Part shown: positions 60,211 to 64,000 of the stretch, one piece after another
Numbering within the stretch: position 1 is the stretch's first letter
Layout: every line of letters starts with the position of its first letter
Assembly: GCA_043228905.1 (NCBI GenBank)
Contig: JBHGNT010000001.1
Coordinates: forward strand, 18,848,001-18,912,000
Direction: 5' to 3'
DNA: 64,000 bases
Source: Azolla caroliniana
Lineage: Eukaryota > Plantae > Polypodiophyta
Translations under genes and position numbers: made by a program
The notes under the pieces: generated by a model
Told to the model about the DNA's origin: nothing
Databases searched by the model: none
The model's input: only the letters and a program-made list of their open reading frames with translations

Positions 60211-63200
60211 CAAGTCTTTTCGCCCTTGATGGTTTCATCTCCCCCACGCTTGGTTGTCTTCGGCTCTTTCTTTCGACTGCTCCCTTTATATCCGCTTTCG
60301 TAATCTTCTGCAGATCCGCCCTCGGCTTCTTCAGCCGATCCGAAATCGAATTCGTCATCCGACTGGGCGTTGCGGTGTCGTGTTGTTACACTCACGCGTA
60401 GGAAATAAGCCGGGACCGCGGGGGCCTTGGGAAGGTGAGAGAGAGAGAGAAAGAGGGAGAGACGCAGAAACATAGAGACACAGAAAATGAAAGAATCAAA
60501 TCCAATAACAATATAGATTACAGCTTGCAATGACAACTGGCGAGCCGGTGATAAACTCGACATAGACGAACGCACGCCTTGAAATACGTGGTGGAGCCTC
60601 TACCGGAAGCACGTGGGCTTTAACGCAGCAGAGGCAGCCAACCTAACCCCAAAATCCCAACAACAACGATGGTGGAGGAAAGAGCTTTGTTCCTAGTCCG
60701 AGAGCACTTCGTCCTCTCTAAATGCCCGATGTTTACTCAGCCCTTTCCCTCTCCTTTTATAGCACAAGGAGAGATCCGTTTACAGACCGTTAAATCCATG
60801 TTATTCTCTTTGATTCTCTACTTAATGAACTAGTGCTACCTAGGATAATTACATTGCCGGCCTGTACTTAACTATGTATATTAATATATCAAAACATGTG
60901 CCCGTGTGTAAGGGCCAGTTCACGCATATCATCCACCGATTTCTCCTAGGGACGGTTTTCTCCATGACAACGGTCTTCCAGAACTTCTCTTCTCCTTCCG
61001 TGGTTATTCGGGACGTCTCTCCCCCTCAAGTTTGGCACGTTGACCAAGAGGCTTGGTGAGGAAGTCGGCGGTCTACCGATGCGTCGAAACATACTGAAGT
61101 TCGACTTCACTGGAGAGGACACGCTCACGGACAAAATGGTAGTGCGCCTCAATGTGCTTAGTCCGGGCGTGGAAGATGAGGTTCTTTGCCAACTGGATGC
61201 TGCTGATGTTGTCGCAGTAGATTGTCGTCGGATCGGATACCTCCACTTGCAGATCCTTAAGTAGCTGCTTCAACCATATGGCTTCGCATGTCGCGACAAC
61301 CGTTCCTCTGTACTTGGCTTTAGTGCTCGACAGTGCACCTGTCAGCTGCTTCTTGCTATTCCACACGATCGCGGCACTGCCAAGAGAGAACGCGAAACCG
61401 GCGCAGTTGGCATCGGTGTAGCCGACCAACTGTGGGGTTGTACTAGTCCGATATAGTAGCCCCCGGTCCTTAGTGCCGCTTACGTACCAGAGTACGCATT
61501 GGGCACACTGAAGGTGCTCGGTAGGTCGCTCCATGAACTGACTAATCACCCCGACCGGGTAGCTGAGATCTGGTCGGGTGATGGTCAAGTATATAAGGCT
61601 TCCGACTATCTATCGGAACCTCATCGGGTCGCATACCTTTCTGGAATTAGGGCGAAGCTTTACGGTTCTATCCAGAGGATCGAGACGGACTTATAGTTGG
61701 TCATCCCGAATTTGAAGAGCATACTCTGCATGTAATGTTGTTGGCTGATCAGTATGCCTTCGGGGGTACGGATAGTTTCGATCCCGAGGAAGTAATGAAG
61801 GTCTCCGAGATCCTTCATTTCAAATGATTCCGCAAGCTGAGACTTCACGCAACGGATTTCGTCAAGGTCGGCACCGGTGATGACTAAATCATCAACGTAC
61901 AAGAGAAGGCTTAATGGTCCATATTGACCTTGCCGAACAAATAGAGAAGAGTTTGATTTCGACGGCACAAACCCCATCCTACGCAATTGATGCATAATCT
62001 TTGTGTTCCAAGCTTGCGGGGCTTGCTTTCGTCCATATAAGGACTCCTTCAACTGGCAAACTGCTGAGGTTTTTGGTTCAGATAGAAATCCGAGGGGTTG
62101 AACCATGTACACCTGTTCCTCAAGATTGCCTTCTATGAATGCATTCTTTACATTCATTTGATGTAAGTGCCACCCCTTTGTCGCTGCTACGGCTAGCAGG
62201 ACTCGCACGGTAGTCATCTTTGCGACAGGCGCGAAGGTCTCGTCGTAGTCCATCCCGTGTTTCTACACGTAGCCTTTTGCTACTAACCGGGCCTTGTATC
62301 GGTTGACCGAGCCATCAATGTTGTACTTGACCTTGTACACCCATCTACATCCGATTGGCTTCACACCTTTCGGTGCGTCAACTAGGTCCTAGGTTTCATT
62401 TTCAGCCAATGCGCGCATCTATTCCTCCATTGCGGTACGCCAATTCGCGTCCTTCGCCACTTCTCTGTAGCTCTCCGGCTCACGCAATTCCGCTACGCGG
62501 GTCATGTACGCATAGTGATGCGCCATGCACTCATTGTATCCGAACCACACAACAGGGTTCTTCTGGCGGGTAGATCGGCGTAATTTCTCATTAGCCGATG
62601 TTGAGGCTTTCTTGGCTGACGTGGACTTCGCTCTCGAAGGCCCGTCATCGCTCTTCTCGGAGTCGGATTCACGTTGATCCGACTCGCCCTTATCCGTGCT
62701 GTACTCCGGTATCTTCTTCTTCGAGTGTCCACTACTTGCCGACTCTTCTTCGGACTGGTCAAACCGACTCAGTCGTCCATTCGGTCCACTTAATCGAAAT
62801 GAGATCGGACTCTCTTCAAGAGTCCCAATTTCACCCTCATTTGGAGGCACTCCAACCTCGCTGACCTCATCGTCAGAGCCTGGATTGGAGTTGAGATCCG
62901 GAGTAAGAGGCAAGTACCAGGACCTGGACTTGTCAAACACAACGTCATGGCTTACACGAGCTTGTTTTGTTCGGGGGTTATAACAGTTATAAACCTTTTG
63001 CTCGTCCGAATAGCCGACTAAGATCTAAGATACACTTCTCATCTTTCCGGTCCAACTTCCTCCATTTCTCCATTGGCACATGCACATATGCAATGCTACC
63101 GAAAACTCTCAAGTGTCGTAGGTTCGGCTTCCTTCCGAAATACCGCTCATGCGTTGACACTTTGTCTCCGATCCGATTCTGGATGTATAGCGCGATTCAT

Positions 63201-64000
63201 ATCACCTCGGCCCAATAGAACTTGGGCAAGCTCTTTTCTTCCAGCATTGCCCGCGCCGCTTCTACAACCGACCGATTCTTCCTTTCGGCCACGCCGTTTT
63301 GTTCCAACGTATATCTTCAACTGAATTTGCGCCGAATTCCCATCTATTGCCGTTGAATTGACTGGAAAAGTACTCTTTTCCGCCATCCGACCGCAGGCAC
63401 TTGATCTTTCTTCCTGTTTCCCTTTCGACGAAACTCTTGAGGTCTCGGAAATAGTCGAAGACTTCACTCTTCTTCTCAATAAGGTAGATCCACATGTGTC
63501 GCATATAGTCATCGATGAAGGAGACAAAATATCGACTCCTACCAAGACTAACGTTCTGTGCCGGCCCCCATACATCGGAATGTATCAAGTCGAGCTTGTT
63601 CTGGCTCCGGTTACGCTCGTTAGGGAAAGGAAGTCGGTGTTGCGTTCCTAGCTAGCAGGCTTCACAAATTTGTGCCTTCCGGCCACTAAATTTGGGCATA
63701 CTGAACACCACCTGTTTCGATTGCAGGTCCTGAAGCCATTGATAGTTGACGTGGCCTATTTGCTTGTGCCATAAGTCGATATCTGACTCGACTTTTTGTC
63801 CTTTCGTGAACATTGCGGTGCCACCGTCACTAGAGTCAAGGATAAACACCCTCCCGTCTCTGCTCCCTTGCGCAATAACTCAGCTTTCTTCCTCGATGAA
63901 GCACCCGAGATGCGTAAACCGAACCTACATCCCCTGATCGACGATCTGTCCGACCGAAACCAGGTTCTTCATGATTGTTGGAACGTGTAACACGTTCATG
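60211..64000 (-). mobile_element. Copia C7 (C4 family): degraded INT-RT-RH plus C-terminal extension; continues beyond the window, 3' LTR not adjacent
   Basis: LWHKQIGHVN, IHSDVWGP, LLLYVDDL, ARTKHIEAHYHF; extension homologous to 14870-15060. Confidence 0.9.
60376..60969 (-). repeat. Solo LTR of an A-family gypsy inserted in C7
   Basis: TGTCG...GGACGGTTTTCTCCATGACA resembles the A2 LTR end GGACGGTTTTCTTCACGACA. Flanked by GCGG / ACGG. Confidence 0.78.

Noticed and set aside
1-64000. Host genes, rRNA, DNA transposons or prokaryotic systems
   Set aside because: Nearly all sequence is accounted for by LTR retrotransposon parts; the remaining short ORFs are alternative frames.

Overview
No host genes are recognisable. 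The whole window is a deeply nested cluster of LTR retrotransposons from a eukaryote, most likely a non-seed land plant (inference from Tcn1-like chromoviruses, tRNA-Trp-primed gypsies and iMet-primed copias). LTR pairs and target-site duplications (TSDs) resolve the nesting. An old Trp-type gypsy relic (A0) carries a Tcn1-like chromovirus, a copia 3' end (C6) and a ~1.95-kb non-autonomous chromovirus derivative (T, 1857-38362). T contains gypsy A2 and copia C1; C1 contains copias C2, C3 and C4; C4 contains gypsy A1. Further right, copia C5 contains gypsy B, which contains gypsy A3. Rearranged gypsy debris, a solo LTR and copia C7 follow. Strongest unexplained signals: (1) gypsy B has no PPT and instead has a second, oppositely oriented tRNA-Arg PBS-like sequence at the PPT position; (2) tRNA-type Pol III A/B boxes sit in the LTRs of three different gypsy families; (3) the Trp-primed family has a conserved GGAUUUU slippery site plus pseudoknot after the protease, and 4-bp CpG-centred TSDs; (4) element T has a Tf1-type self-priming site; (5) several copias have two PPTs flanking a pol extension. 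All coordinates were read by eye, and tRNA and lineage assignments come from recalled consensus, not from searches.
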